Of a stretch of DNA of 64,000 nucleotides, positions 54,620 to 62,685 are shown piece by piece (positions within the stretch are counted from its first letter, which is position 1; each line of letters starts with the position of its first letter). The stretch lies in IMG/VR virus record IMGVR_UViG_3300020060_000011, positions 375-64,374 of that record; one strand, given 5' to 3'. The translations under genes and the position numbers were made by a program. This DNA comes from a virus. Below the pieces are notes generated by a model. The model was given only the letters and a program-made list of their open reading frames with translations, did no database searches and was not told the DNA's origin.

Positions 54620-55185
54620 AACCCCACCTCACCACCTGGACGCATCCCGGCGCATACGCAGGGTTCAACCCCGAGGGGCACATCCTCGCCGCGACGAAGC
54701 ACCGCGAGTCGTCGATCCTGGAGGAGAGCAACTACGCGATCGCGAGCCAGCGCCTGCTCCTCGTTGCGATGCAGGGCGCGAACTGGATGCGCGACGTAAT
54801 TCCGCGTCTGGAAGATGTGTTTCCAGACGCTGGCCCTTTCGGCTCCGGGCTCGATCCGGACCAGACGCCGACGCTCTACACATGGACGGCGTCGTGCTCG
54901 CTGGTCGGCTGGATCGAGTACCTGATGATCCGGCCCTGCCGCGAGTCGCGCGCGATCGTGTTTGCTGCGCGCCTGATCGCCAAGGAGCTGTACGACTACC
55001 CGGTTCTGTGTGACGAGGACTATTCGGATCGCCAGATCGAGGCGATGGAGAACTACTGGAAGCGCGAGCCTATCAAGGACCGCGCCCAGTGGTGCAAGGA
55101 AAACGGTGCGTCGATCTTCGCGGCGCGGAAGCCCTACCCGCCGCGCGAAGTGGAGGAGGCTTGGGGACAGGAGATGTTTGTATGA
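54616..55185 (+). CDS. conserved phage hypothetical protein
   Basis: HRESSILEESNY...GWIEYL...L.DYPVL.DEDYS. Confidence 0.75.
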   Translation: MKPHLTTWTHPGAYAGFNPEGHILAATKHRESSILEESNYAIASQRLLLVAMQGANWMRDVIPRLEDVFPDAGPFGSGLDPDQTPTLYTWTASCSLVGWIEYLMIRPCRESRAIVFAARLIAKELYDYPVLCDEDYSDRQIEAMENYWKREPIKDRAQWCKENGASIFAARKPYPPREVEEAWGQEMFV

Positions 55186-55322
55186 GCGCGAACGAGTGCG
55201 AGCACGAGTGGGAAGTGTCGTTGGACGGCACTCACGAAATCTGCGCCGCATGCGGTGATATGCGCGAGTACGACGGTGCTGTCGATGACGGCCGCGATTT
55301 CACGGAGCCCTACGAACCATGA
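55182..55322 (+). CDS. small zinc-ribbon protein
   Basis: CEHEW...C..CG. Confidence 0.55.
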   Translation: MSANECEHEWEVSLDGTHEICAACGDMREYDGAVDDGRDFTEPYEP

Positions 55323-55669
55323 ACCCCGACATCCAAGCCGTTCTACAGGAAACGTTCGCCCAAAGTTTCATGAAGCCGATTATCGAAGAGACTGATTACT
55401 GGGAAGTCGAGGCGGACCAAGGCGGTTCGATCATTCCGGCCGACGTTGTCGGCATCCCGGCGCGTATAGGGTTCGCAGCACTTGGCGAGGACGAGCTTGA
55501 ACCGTTTGCGCAGTTCGCCGAGGGCGAGGTTTTTAGCGCGACGCTGAAGCACGGCTGGATAGCACGGCTCAGCGCGCCCGGCTACATGGACTCAACCGAC
55601 TGGTCTGCGTTCGCCACGTTCGACGAAGCGGCGCAGTACCTGATCGACACCTACGGAGACGACACGTGA
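55319..55669 (+). CDS. conserved acidic phage protein
   Basis: GWIARLSAPGYMDSTDW motif. Confidence 0.72.
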   Translation: MNPDIQAVLQETFAQSFMKPIIEETDYWEVEADQGGSIIPADVVGIPARIGFAALGEDELEPFAQFAEGEVFSATLKHGWIARLSAPGYMDSTDWSAFATFDEAAQYLIDTYGDDT

Positions 55670-55851
55670 TCCCCCAAACCAAGATCGTCGCCTGCATCAG
55701 TGGCGGCAACCTGCAGAGCGTGTTCGCTTCCACGCCCGAGATCGACTTCGAGCTGATCGACGCCGACAACCTGCTCGCCGAAGGCAAGAGCAACGCCGAG
55801 ATCGACGAGATTCTGAAAGCCGCGACCAACGACCTCTACCCGGTGTACTGA
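55666..55851 (+). CDS. small acidic hypothetical protein
   Basis: GTGA coupling. Confidence 0.6.
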   Translation: MIPQTKIVACISGGNLQSVFASTPEIDFELIDADNLLAEGKSNAEIDEILKAATNDLYPVY

Positions 55852-55852
55852 T

Positions 55853-56410
55853 ATGGACAGTGTTTTCGTACTGAACGGTTTGCGCTTCGGTGCTACGACC
55901 GAGCACGACGATTCGATGGGCGAGCCGTGGAAAGAGCACGACGGCCACGGTGTCGTCGTTGACTGGGTATCGCGCAACAAGCAACCGCACGAGCGTGTAC
56001 TTGCCGCCGGCCGCGGCACGCGTATGTACTACGACGTCAAGGCGTCGATGGAGATAGCACTTCGCGATGGCTGGGGACTCAGTGCGGTCAATCTGGACGC
56101 GCTCATTACCAAACTCGGTCGCGTGCCAAAGCCCGGCGACATCGCGGCTGCTGCTGTCGACGCAGACTATGACCGCCTCTGCGGTTGGTGCAACAACGAT
56201 TGGGGCTACGTCGGCGTCATCGTGACGCTGCTCGATGTTGACGGGCGCCCGACAGACGAACGCGAATCGCTGTGGGGCGTCGAGTCCGATGCCGAAGACT
56301 ACCTCGAAGAAGTTGCGCTGGAGCTGGCAGAACAGATCGCCGAACGCATAGGCGACGCCACGACGATCCCAGCACGGCCATCTGAGTTCGTCGTACGGAG
56401 AGCAGCATGA
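55853..56410 (+). CDS. conserved phage hypothetical protein
   Basis: PWKEHDGHG, DGWG, GWCNNDWGYVGV motifs. Confidence 0.75.
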   Translation: MDSVFVLNGLRFGATTEHDDSMGEPWKEHDGHGVVVDWVSRNKQPHERVLAAGRGTRMYYDVKASMEIALRDGWGLSAVNLDALITKLGRVPKPGDIAAAAVDADYDRLCGWCNNDWGYVGVIVTLLDVDGRPTDERESLWGVESDAEDYLEEVALELAEQIAERIGDATTIPARPSEFVVRRAA

Positions 56411-56715
56411 AGCTCCCCGGCTGCATCGTCTACGACAACGGCGGCAAGGTCTTGGATCGCTACACGATCGTCAACCCAACGCCGTGGTTCTTCGATCGTG
56501 GTCTGCCGGTGTTCCTCTACGCCGGATCGTCGGAGAACCCGTTTCATCCGCAGGGCTTCGGCCAGCACGGCGAGACATGCGGACAGCGCATCGACAAGCC
56601 GACGTCGAACCATCTCGGCCGCAAGATCAAGGATCACTCGGAACTGCCGCTCGCCGTACGCCGCTTTGCGTGCTCGGTGTGCGACACGGCCGAGCAACTG
56701 GAGCTATTTCGATGA
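56407..56715 (+). CDS. conserved phage hypothetical protein
   Basis: YDNGGK.LDRYTIV...PFHPQGFGQHGE...HLGRKI. Confidence 0.72.
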   Translation: MKLPGCIVYDNGGKVLDRYTIVNPTPWFFDRGLPVFLYAGSSENPFHPQGFGQHGETCGQRIDKPTSNHLGRKIKDHSELPLAVRRFACSVCDTAEQLELFR

Positions 56716-56882
56716 GCGAAGACGCGCCTGTGTCGCTAACGAGAGACGAAGTCATCAACTGCATGACTTGCGTAGGGCGAGTTACAAAGTGGTTGAAAGA
56801 GGATAGCAACCCGGATGCCGAGGTAATCGGCCGGTTGACGACGTTGTTGGAGAAGCTGATCACGATGAGAGACGCCGAGTGA
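56712..56882 (+). CDS. small hypothetical protein
   Basis: 56 aa, coupled on both sides. Confidence 0.55.
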   Translation: MSEDAPVSLTRDEVINCMTCVGRVTKWLKEDSNPDAEVIGRLTTLLEKLITMRDAE

Positions 56883-58807
56883 ACGATCTTCTCACCCGCC
56901 TCAACCTCGACGGTATCGTCGGCCTAGATTACGAAACGTTTTGGGCGAAGGACTACACGCTCAGCCAGATGGCGACGACGGAGTACGTCACCGATCCGAG
57001 GTTCAAGATGCACATGTGCTCGGTGCAGTGGCACACCGAGAAGCGTGCGCACGTGCTGAGTCCTGCGGAGCTCGCCTACTGGTGCAAGCACGTGAACTGG
57101 AAACGGACCGGGATGCTCGCGCATCACACGGCATTCGATGCGTTCATCCTGTCGCACCACCTGAAGGTCAAGCCGGCGTTCTACTTCGACACGCTGTCGA
57201 TGGGGCGCCCGATCATGCCAATCACCGTCGGCGGGTCGCTGCAACGGCTCTGTCAGGCGTTCAAGCTCGCCGGCAAGAAAGGCGGCGACGTGCTCGTCGA
57301 CACGCAGGGCAAGGAGACGCTGTCGCAGCCTGAGTACCGGCGCATGGCGAAGTACGCCGGCAACGACATCGAGCAGACCTGGCTCCTGTTCCGCAAGCTC
57401 CTGCCATACATCCCGTTCGACGAGCTGCGTCTCATCGACCTTACGATCAAGATGTACGCGCAGCCGACGCTGCTGATCGACAAGGAAGCGATCGACCGCG
57501 TACTGGTCGCCGACATTGCGCACAAGGACGCGCTGATCAAGGCGCTGAAAGTGCGCAAGACGCAGCTCACCAGCAAAGACCAGTTCGCCGGGCTCCTGCG
57601 CGCCGCCGGCGTCGAGCCACCGACGAAGGTCAGCGCAAAGAAGTCCGCGAAAGCCGGCTACGACGTCGAAGTGCTGGCAATGTCGAAGCAGGACCAAGAG
57701 TTCAAGGATCTGATCGGACATCCGAAGAAACGCGTGCGCCAGCTCATCGAAGCGCGTTTCGCCGTGTCGTCGAACCAGATGGAGTCGCGCTGCACACGGC
57801 TCAGCGGACGCGCGCACCTCGGCGCGCAGCCGGTGTATCTGAATTACTACGGCGCCAAGACCGGCCGCTGGAGCGGTGGCGACGAAGTCAATTTCCAGAA
57901 CCTGTCCAGCAAGCGCAAGGAAGGCGGCGCGGAACTGCGCGCATCCGTGTACGCACCGGCAGGGTACAAGCTGATCATCGCTGACCTCGGTCAGATCGAA
58001 GCGCGCGTCAACTGCTGGTTCTCGAAGCAAGACGACGTAGTCGAAGCGTTCCGCGCGTTCGACAACGGCACCGGCCCCGACATCTACAAGCACGTCGCGG
58101 CGACGTCGATTTACAACAAACCGATTGCGCAGATTACGACGGCCGAAAGGTTCATTGGGAAGACATGCGAACTCGCCCTCGGATTTCAGGCTGGGTGGCA
58201 GCGTTTCGTCGCGATGCTCCGTATCGGCGCGCTTGGCCCGCCGGTCGAGATCACCGACTCGCTGGGCAAGGACGTACACGCCGCGTGGCGTTCGTCGCGC
58301 CCGTTCGTCGTCGGCAACTGGAAAAAGACCAACAACCTGGTCAAGTCGGCGTTCCTCGGCAAGCAGACGCTAGAGGACGGCTGTGTGTCGTACGAAGGCG
58401 CCGAAGGCAAGGGCTGGATGCACCTGCCCGGCGGCGCCGCGATCCGTTACGACGACATCCAGGTTGATGAGGACGGCATGTCGTACATCAGCCGGTTTCG
58501 CTACAACCGAACCAAGGAACCGACGATCGAGCGCACGCGCCTGTACGGCGGCATCCTCGTCGAGAACCGCACGCAGGCGCTCGCGCGCAGCATCATCGCC
58601 GAGCACATGCTCCATATCGTCGACGAGTCGCGTGGCAAGGTGCGTATTGCGATGTCGACGCACGATGAAATCGTCGGCGTCGTGCCCGATGCCTACGCGG
58701 AGCGCGCGCTGGCGATATTCAACGACGTCATGACGACGCCGCCGGTCTGGGCGCCGACGTTGCCGCTCGCCGTCGAGGCGCACATTTCTGCGAGGTATGA
58801 CAAGTGA
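56879..58807 (+). CDS. family A DNA polymerase with 3'-5' exonuclease
   Basis: ExoI LDYET; motif A ADLGQIEAR, motif B ER..GK..ELALGF, motif C THDEIV. Confidence 0.93.
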   Translation: MNDLLTRLNLDGIVGLDYETFWAKDYTLSQMATTEYVTDPRFKMHMCSVQWHTEKRAHVLSPAELAYWCKHVNWKRTGMLAHHTAFDAFILSHHLKVKPAFYFDTLSMGRPIMPITVGGSLQRLCQAFKLAGKKGGDVLVDTQGKETLSQPEYRRMAKYAGNDIEQTWLLFRKLLPYIPFDELRLIDLTIKMYAQPTLLIDKEAIDRVLVADIAHKDALIKALKVRKTQLTSKDQFAGLLRAAGVEPPTKVSAKKSAKAGYDVEVLAMSKQDQEFKDLIGHPKKRVRQLIEARFAVSSNQMESRCTRLSGRAHLGAQPVYLNYYGAKTGRWSGGDEVNFQNLSSKRKEGGAELRASVYAPAGYKLIIADLGQIEARVNCWFSKQDDVVEAFRAFDNGTGPDIYKHVAATSIYNKPIAQITTAERFIGKTCELALGFQAGWQRFVAMLRIGALGPPVEITDSLGKDVHAAWRSSRPFVVGNWKKTNNLVKSAFLGKQTLEDGCVSYEGAEGKGWMHLPGGAAIRYDDIQVDEDGMSYISRFRYNRTKEPTIERTRLYGGILVENRTQALARSIIAEHMLHIVDESRGKVRIAMSTHDEIVGVVPDAYAERALAIFNDVMTTPPVWAPTLPLAVEAHISARYDK

Positions 58808-58959
58808 TTTCTTTCGACGAAGAATACGCAGCTGCTCGTGACCTTTTAGAAAAAGTCGTTAATAACTACGACTCGACGGGGTGCGATTCTTGTGGAGTAG
58901 TTGATCAGCGCGTGATCGACGAAATCAAACAGTTTTTGTTTGGAAAAGACTCGTCATGA
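58804..58959 (+). CDS. small hypothetical protein
   Basis: 51 aa, GTGA/ATGA coupling, AT-richer. Confidence 0.5.
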   Translation: MISFDEEYAAARDLLEKVVNNYDSTGCDSCGVVDQRVIDEIKQFLFGKDSS

Positions 58960-59138
58960 GCCCGCAGGAACTCGATTTAGTCTGCCTTTTAATCGCCCAT
59001 TCTGCGAAGACCGGATATGACATCGGACGCGACGACGAGAAAGCCGGTAAACCCGTGGATTATCAACGGTTTGCGAATACAGCCGGCAAGCGCATGTTGA
59101 TTCAAAAAGAAATAAATAAAACACGCAAAAAGCGTTGA
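58956..59138 (+). CDS. small hypothetical protein
   Basis: 60 aa, coupled. Confidence 0.5.
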   Translation: MSPQELDLVCLLIAHSAKTGYDIGRDDEKAGKPVDYQRFANTAGKRMLIQKEINKTRKKR

Positions 59139-59162
59139 CAACGAATAGGAGAGTTCTAAAAT
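59135..59162 (+). promoter_or_regulatory. sigma70-like promoter with A-tract upstream
   Basis: TTGACA-16 bp-TAAAAT; the -10 overlaps the next ATG. Confidence 0.45.
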
Positions 59163-59538
59163 GTCTTTAAATCTAGGCGATACGGCTGACGCGATTTACT
59201 CAAAAAATGAGGAAATCGCTTTGGCGAACGCCAAGGTCAAGGAGCTGGAAACCGAGAAGCGTGCGATCGAAGAGCGTCTTCTCAACGCGATGCAGGAAGC
59301 CGGGACGAACATCATCCGCGGCGCTCTGGCTACCGTGTCCATTTCCGAAACGGTTCGTCCGCAGATCGCAGACTACGACGAACTGACTCGCTTCATCCTG
59401 CGCAGAAAGGCCCTTCACATCTTTGAGAGACGGATCTCTTCGAGAGCATACATTGAGCTTAAAGAGAGCATGAACGGCAAGCCCATCCCCGGCCTGTCGG
59501 AGTTCGTGCAGACACGTCTCAACGTACGAAGGGTCTAA
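59161..59538 (+). CDS. coiled-coil protein of the replication/recombination module
   Basis: 125 aa; AGGAG RBS; family usually found beside phage SSB-like genes. Confidence 0.7.
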   Translation: MSLNLGDTADAIYSKNEEIALANAKVKELETEKRAIEERLLNAMQEAGTNIIRGALATVSISETVRPQIADYDELTRFILRRKALHIFERRISSRAYIELKESMNGKPIPGLSEFVQTRLNVRRV

Positions 59539-59542
59539 CCAC

Positions 59543-60349
59543 ATGGCACGTAGCAAAGCAGTAACCGCCCCCGTTGGCGGTAGCAAAGCCTTGTCCACGC
59601 TCGACGCCGAGCTGGCCCAGGAAGTCGCCAATCTCAAGAACCAGATCGGCGCACCGGGCGGCAAAGCCATCAAGGTCGAACCGGCGGGTGCATTCACCTC
59701 GCCCGAAGGGCTGGACCTCGGCAGCGAGATCCAGGTCGTCGTCCTCGACTTCGTCAGCAAGAACCTCTTTTACTCCTCGCCGTACGTCAAGGGCGTATCG
59801 GTGCCGCCGGACTGCTATGCGGCCGGCAAGAACCTCGGCGAGATGAAACCCGACCCGGAATCGCCGGCGGTGCAGAATCACGACTGTCCGTCGTGCCCGC
59901 TCAACGCCTTCGGCTCGGGCAACAACGGCAAGAGCAAGGCGTGCAAGAACACGCGCGAGCTCGCCGTGCTCCTGCTCGACCCACAGCACCCGGACGCGCA
60001 CAACGATCCGAAAGCGCCGATCTACACGCTGAGCTTGCCGCCGACGGCGATCATGTCGTTCGACGGCGTGGTCGCACACACGATGCGCATGCTCGGCGGT
60101 CCGCCGATCAAGGCGATCGTCACGATCACGGCCGAGAACGTCGGCACCTACGCGAAGATCTCGTTCGTCGATCCGGTGCCGAACCCGCACTACGGTCAGC
60201 ACGCCGCGCGCCGTGCGGAATGCGTGGATCTTCTGTTCCGCAAGCCCGACTTCAACGCGCGGCCCGCCGCGCGCCAAACCGCTCGACCGACGCCCCGACG
60301 CGCCGGCGCCGCGCCCACCCGTGCCGCCGCAGCCGGCGCACGTCGCTAA
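59543..60349 (+). CDS. ssDNA-binding / recombination-like protein with Cys motif
   Basis: PDCYA...P..Q...C.SCP.NAFGS..GKSKACKN.R.LAVL. Confidence 0.7.
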   Translation: MARSKAVTAPVGGSKALSTLDAELAQEVANLKNQIGAPGGKAIKVEPAGAFTSPEGLDLGSEIQVVVLDFVSKNLFYSSPYVKGVSVPPDCYAAGKNLGEMKPDPESPAVQNHDCPSCPLNAFGSGNNGKSKACKNTRELAVLLLDPQHPDAHNDPKAPIYTLSLPPTAIMSFDGVVAHTMRMLGGPPIKAIVTITAENVGTYAKISFVDPVPNPHYGQHAARRAECVDLLFRKPDFNARPAARQTARPTPRRAGAAPTRAAAAGARR

Positions 60350-60370
60350 ACCCACAGGGAGCTATTCCAA

Positions 60371-60862
60371 ATGTCCGATCTGCAATCCGCCATCACCGAT
60401 GTCAAGACCGACGCCGTGCGTCGCGGGCGCGGCCGTCAGCCCGTGTTCCTGAAAGGCGGCAAGCCGCTGAAGGAAGCACGCGACGAAGCCAAGACCGCTG
60501 TTGCCTCGGCGAAGGCCGGCGCCAAGGGCGCGAAGGCCACGCTGAAAACGGCCGAGAAGAACGCGAAGGTCGGCGTCCGCGCCGTCACCACGGCGCAGAA
60601 CGAGCTCGTGCGCGTCGGCCTCAAGCCGCTGCCCGAGAAGGCGCTGCAGAAGATCGCCCTGGCGAACGCCAAGGCGGCGCTGAAGACCGCCGAGCAGGCA
60701 GCGAAAGTCGGCGCCAAGGACGTCACGATCGCAACCAAGGCCGTCGAGAAGGCGGAAGCCGTCGTCGCGAAGGCCGAAGCGGCGAAGCTGAAGGTCGAGG
60801 AAGCCGCGCTCGCGACCAAGGCACCGGCGCCGACGTCCGCACCGAAGCCGACGGTGAACTGA
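60371..60862 (+). CDS. Ala/Lys-rich histone-H1-like protein
   Basis: RRGRGRQP followed by AKA-rich helices. Confidence 0.65.
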   Translation: MSDLQSAITDVKTDAVRRGRGRQPVFLKGGKPLKEARDEAKTAVASAKAGAKGAKATLKTAEKNAKVGVRAVTTAQNELVRVGLKPLPEKALQKIALANAKAALKTAEQAAKVGAKDVTIATKAVEKAEAVVAKAEAAKLKVEEAALATKAPAPTSAPKPTVN

Positions 60863-60863
60863 C

Positions 60864-61268
60864 GTGAGCGAAACCGTCGAACAGGAAATAACGCGCAAGA
60901 ACCTCATCTATCCGCGCGTGACACCGGCGGATATCGATGCGGCGATCGTAGCTGAGTTCTGTTTCACGGCGTCGCACGGCGCGCAGCACGCCGGTGCGGC
61001 GCAGGCGTGGCCTGATCCGCATTACGAATGCCCGAAGGCATTCCAGGCGCTTGGTCTGCTCACGTTCTGCGTGCTCGTGCTGCGCAACGGCTTCACCGTC
61101 ACCGGCGAGTCGGCGTGCGCCAGCCCCGAGAACTTCGACGCAGAGCTGGGTCGGCGCATCGCGCGCGACAACGCGAAAGCGAAGGTCTGGCCGCTGCTCG
61201 GTTACGCACTGAAGGAAAAGCTCACGGAAGCGGATTCGCGAAACTACAGCGGTCCATCCGTCGACTGA
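60864..61268 (+). CDS. N4 Gp49 / Sf6 gp66 family protein
   Basis: PRVT..DIDA.I...LTFCVLVLRNGFTVTGESAC.SPENFDAELGRRIA..NA..K.WPLLGY. Confidence 0.9.
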   Translation: MSETVEQEITRKNLIYPRVTPADIDAAIVAEFCFTASHGAQHAGAAQAWPDPHYECPKAFQALGLLTFCVLVLRNGFTVTGESACASPENFDAELGRRIARDNAKAKVWPLLGYALKEKLTEADSRNYSGPSVD

Positions 61269-61296
61269 GTTTGCCGCGGGCAGGCGGCAAGTACCG

Positions 61297-61331
61297 GCCC
61301 ACGGTCTGCGCAACGCGACCGTGGGCTTTTT
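61297..61331 (+). terminator. Rho-independent terminator
   Basis: GCCCACGGTC/GACCGTGGGC stem followed by TTTTT. Confidence 0.8.
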
Positions 61332-61349
61332 AGTTTCTGGAGGACAGAG

Positions 61350-61652
61350 ATGAAACAGATCAACTGGAAATGCCCGAGGAAAGACTACGCGCTGATCGAC
61401 CAAATCGTCGAACGCGCGAAGGCGGAAGGGCTGCTTGTCGGATCGTTGGCTGAAGACGCCAAGGCGTTGTGCATGGACATTACGGCTGCTCACTGCAACG
61501 GCAACAAGCTCGACCTCGAACGGTGGCTCGCCGCTGACAAGTTCAACTTCGCGCACGACCTGTGCGGCATCGTTCGGCATATAGACCGCGAGACCGGCAA
61601 GCTCACGAACTGCTTTTTGCCGCGCTTCACTGCGCGGAGGGTAGCCGCGTGA
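61350..61652 (+). CDS. DUF6874-like protein
   Basis: MDI.A.H.NG..LDL..WL.AD.FNF.HD..GI.RHIDR.TG.L.NCFLPRF. Confidence 0.8.
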   Translation: MKQINWKCPRKDYALIDQIVERAKAEGLLVGSLAEDAKALCMDITAAHCNGNKLDLERWLAADKFNFAHDLCGIVRHIDRETGKLTNCFLPRFTARRVAA

Positions 61653-61879
61653 TCGGCCTCGCACTCGCCGAACCGCCCGGCCCGGAGATCCCCGAGCGCT
61701 ATTTCGAACGCGCCGAGGAGGATCTGCTCAACGACACGCTGTTCCTCGCCAGCTTCGTGACCAGTGACGACGAGGTCTACAAGCGCTTCGAACGCAAGGT
61801 CATCGAACGTGCGGCGGCGCTGTATGACCATGCGCGTGCCGAGGTCGAGATCGCGAACAGCGGCAACGACGATGCGTGA
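61649..61879 (+). CDS. hypothetical protein
   Basis: GTGA coupling; 76 aa. Confidence 0.6.
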   Translation: MIGLALAEPPGPEIPERYFERAEEDLLNDTLFLASFVTSDDEVYKRFERKVIERAAALYDHARAEVEIANSGNDDA

Positions 61880-62315
61880 GAAGGCGCTGTACCAGGCCGT
61901 CGACCGCCGCTTGCCGCGGACTATTTTTCGGCAGTCCATGACTGGTGCGTCGCTGGCAACGAACGGGCTGCCAGACCGTTACTACGATGGTCTGAAGGCC
62001 GATTTGTGGGTCGAATGGAAGCAGTTCGATCACATGCCACGCGGTGAGCTCGTCAGTTGCGCGCCGAAGCTCGGAGTCAAGAAACAGCCGAAGGGCCACC
62101 TTACGCAGCTGCAAGAGATGTGGCTTTCGCGCAGGAATTTCGTCGGCAACAACGCCGTCGTCATCGCTGGGCTCCCGAATAAAACCGCCGTGATCATGAC
62201 GCGCCCAAACGAATGGCTGGGCGGTGTCCCGATCGCCGAAGCAAAAACTATCGAGGAAATAGCCGCATGGATATGCGCCTTTTGTGGCGATGCTTGCAAT
62301 CAGCAGTCACGGTGA
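61872..62315 (+). CDS. VRR-NUC / Holliday-junction-resolvase-like nuclease
   Basis: MREK.L...NGLPDR.Y...LWVEWK...LT.LQ..WL. Confidence 0.8.
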   Translation: MREKALYQAVDRRLPRTIFRQSMTGASLATNGLPDRYYDGLKADLWVEWKQFDHMPRGELVSCAPKLGVKKQPKGHLTQLQEMWLSRRNFVGNNAVVIAGLPNKTAVIMTRPNEWLGGVPIAEAKTIEEIAAWICAFCGDACNQQSR

Positions 62316-62361
62316 TCTTCCACGTGATGATCATCGTCGGCCAGGTACGCAGGGGAAAGCG

Positions 62362-62685
62362 ATGAGCGAAGACACGAAGTACAACGGCTGGCTCAACTAC
62401 CAAACGTGGAACGTCGCGCTCTGGATCGACAACGACCAAGGCTCGCAGGAGTTCTGGATCGAGCGCGCCGAAGCGCTGGTCGAGGAGCACGGCAAGGAAG
62501 ACGCCGTCTATCCGCTCTCGCAGGAACTGGAAGCCGAGTTCGACGAGAACATGCCCGAAGGGGTGAGCGGTACGTACGCCGACCTGCTCGGCCACGCACT
62601 CGGCATGGTCGACTGGTACGAGATCGCGCAGCACTACGTCGACGACGTCGAGATCGAGGCAGAGGCGGATGAGGACGAAGGATGA
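62362..62685 (+). CDS. conserved acidic phage protein (YNGW.NY.TW family)
   Basis: YNGWLNYQTWNVALWIDND...VDWYEIA. Confidence 0.78.
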   Translation: MSEDTKYNGWLNYQTWNVALWIDNDQGSQEFWIERAEALVEEHGKEDAVYPLSQELEAEFDENMPEGVSGTYADLLGHALGMVDWYEIAQHYVDDVEIEAEADEDEG

